The notes under the pieces: generated by a model
Seen by the model: only the letters and a program-made list of their open reading frames with translations
Database searches by the model: none
Told to the model about the DNA's origin: nothing
IMG/VR virus record: IMGVR_UViG_3300011113_000640
Location: 1 to 64,000 of that record
Direction: 5' to 3' (one strand)
DNA length: 64,000 bases
In this document: piece by piece, positions 63,499 through 64,000 of the stretch
Position numbering within the stretch: the first letter of the stretch is position 1
Layout: each line of letters starts with the position of its first letter
Made by a program: the position numbers and the translations under genes

Positions 63499-64000
63499 AT
63501 GCCAAACATAGGAAACGTTACGCCGGATGGTCAATACATCATTGACACAACCCCTCCTGGGCAGAGCTTAAACAGTGCTTTTGTAGATGTCAACTTGAAT
63601 TTTGACCAAGTCTGGGCCACTGGACTGGTCAACAGCAACATCCAGATAGCCAACAACACTATCTATACCACCAATACCAATGGTAACTTGATCTTGAATC
63701 CCAATGGCATAGGTGCTGTAGTTGCCAATGCGCATGTTGTACCAGATTCCACCCGTGTGCGCAATCTAGGAAGTCCCAGTCTTTATTGGGATAGCCTGTA
63801 TGTTTGGTATGGCAACATACAAAGTGCCTCAATAGCCACGGCTAACATTGGCAATGCCACAATTGATAATATCAATATTGAAAACATTGGCAACCTGACG
63901 ATTCCTGTGGGCAACCTACATATCTTAGGTGGCACCAATGGCTATGTGTTGCAGACTGATGGCACTGGAAACTTGACTTGGACTGCACAGACCGGCAGCG
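63499..64000 (+). CDS. Paralogous tail fibre-type protein, truncated by window edge
   Basis: Hand translation MPNIGNVTPDGQYIIDTTPPGQSLNSAF..NFDQVW..LILNPNGIG..TIPVGNLHILGG..LQTDG.GNL.W matches aa ~90-225 of the upstream gene. Confidence 0.8.
   Translation, partial: MPNIGNVTPDGQYIIDTTPPGQSLNSAFVDVNLNFDQVWATGLVNSNIQIANNTIYTTNTNGNLILNPNGIGAVVANAHVVPDSTRVRNLGSPSLYWDSLYVWYGNIQSASIATANIGNATIDNINIENIGNLTIPVGNLHILGGTNGYVLQTDGTGNLTWTAQTGS

Noticed and set aside
1-64000. tRNA, rRNA, tmRNA genes or a CRISPR array
   Set aside because: No cloverleaf with a T-arm was seen in the intergenic gaps, and no regularly spaced repeat-spacer units. The only exact repeats are promoter copies and coding repeats. 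A by-eye scan could miss a degenerate tRNA.
1-64000. Stop-codon recoding (alternative genetic code)
   Set aside because: Recognisable proteins (AceA, ThyX, PstS, PhoH, the APS-kinase fusion) are full length in code 11 and end naturally at TGA, TAA or TAG.
1-64000. Bacterial chromosome, prophage or integrative element
   Set aside because: There is no integrase, transposase or host housekeeping operon. Metabolic genes are interleaved singly with T4-like core and virion genes and phage promoters.

Overview
This window is 64 kb of a large, lytic, T4-like (myovirus-type) dsDNA bacteriophage genome in the standard genetic code, with most genes on the minus strand. Core or structural genes include a clamp-loader subunit, GroES, ThyX, PhoH, DnaE-like pieces, a GH19 endolysin with nested Rz/Rz1 spanins, an SleB-type hydrolase and long Gly/Asn/Thr-rich tail or baseplate proteins. 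Regulatory signals are sigma70 early promoters and TAAATA late-promoter motifs. The host is probably a freshwater proteobacterium, likely Burkholderiales (inference from the TctC/Bug protein, short rubrerythrin and AceA). The most striking feature is an apparent phage-borne phosphate-starvation lipid-remodelling module (plcP-agt-pstS) with PhoB boxes visible in the DNA. Other highlights are isocitrate lyase inside the lysis operon, a putative sulfation cluster (APS-kinase/nucleotidyltransferase fusion, three sulfotransferase-like genes, a dioxygenase, TctC and a methyltransferase), and multi-domain GNAT/ART/ParB/kinase proteins with head-protease-type I/L-x-E sites. The window also has a Gly-rich adhesin gene split by an insert, a DGQHR/HNH/ABC-GNAT operon, three candidate structured RNAs, and a palindrome at fixed spacing upstream of early promoters. 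All family assignments come from motif recognition by eye; no searches were run.
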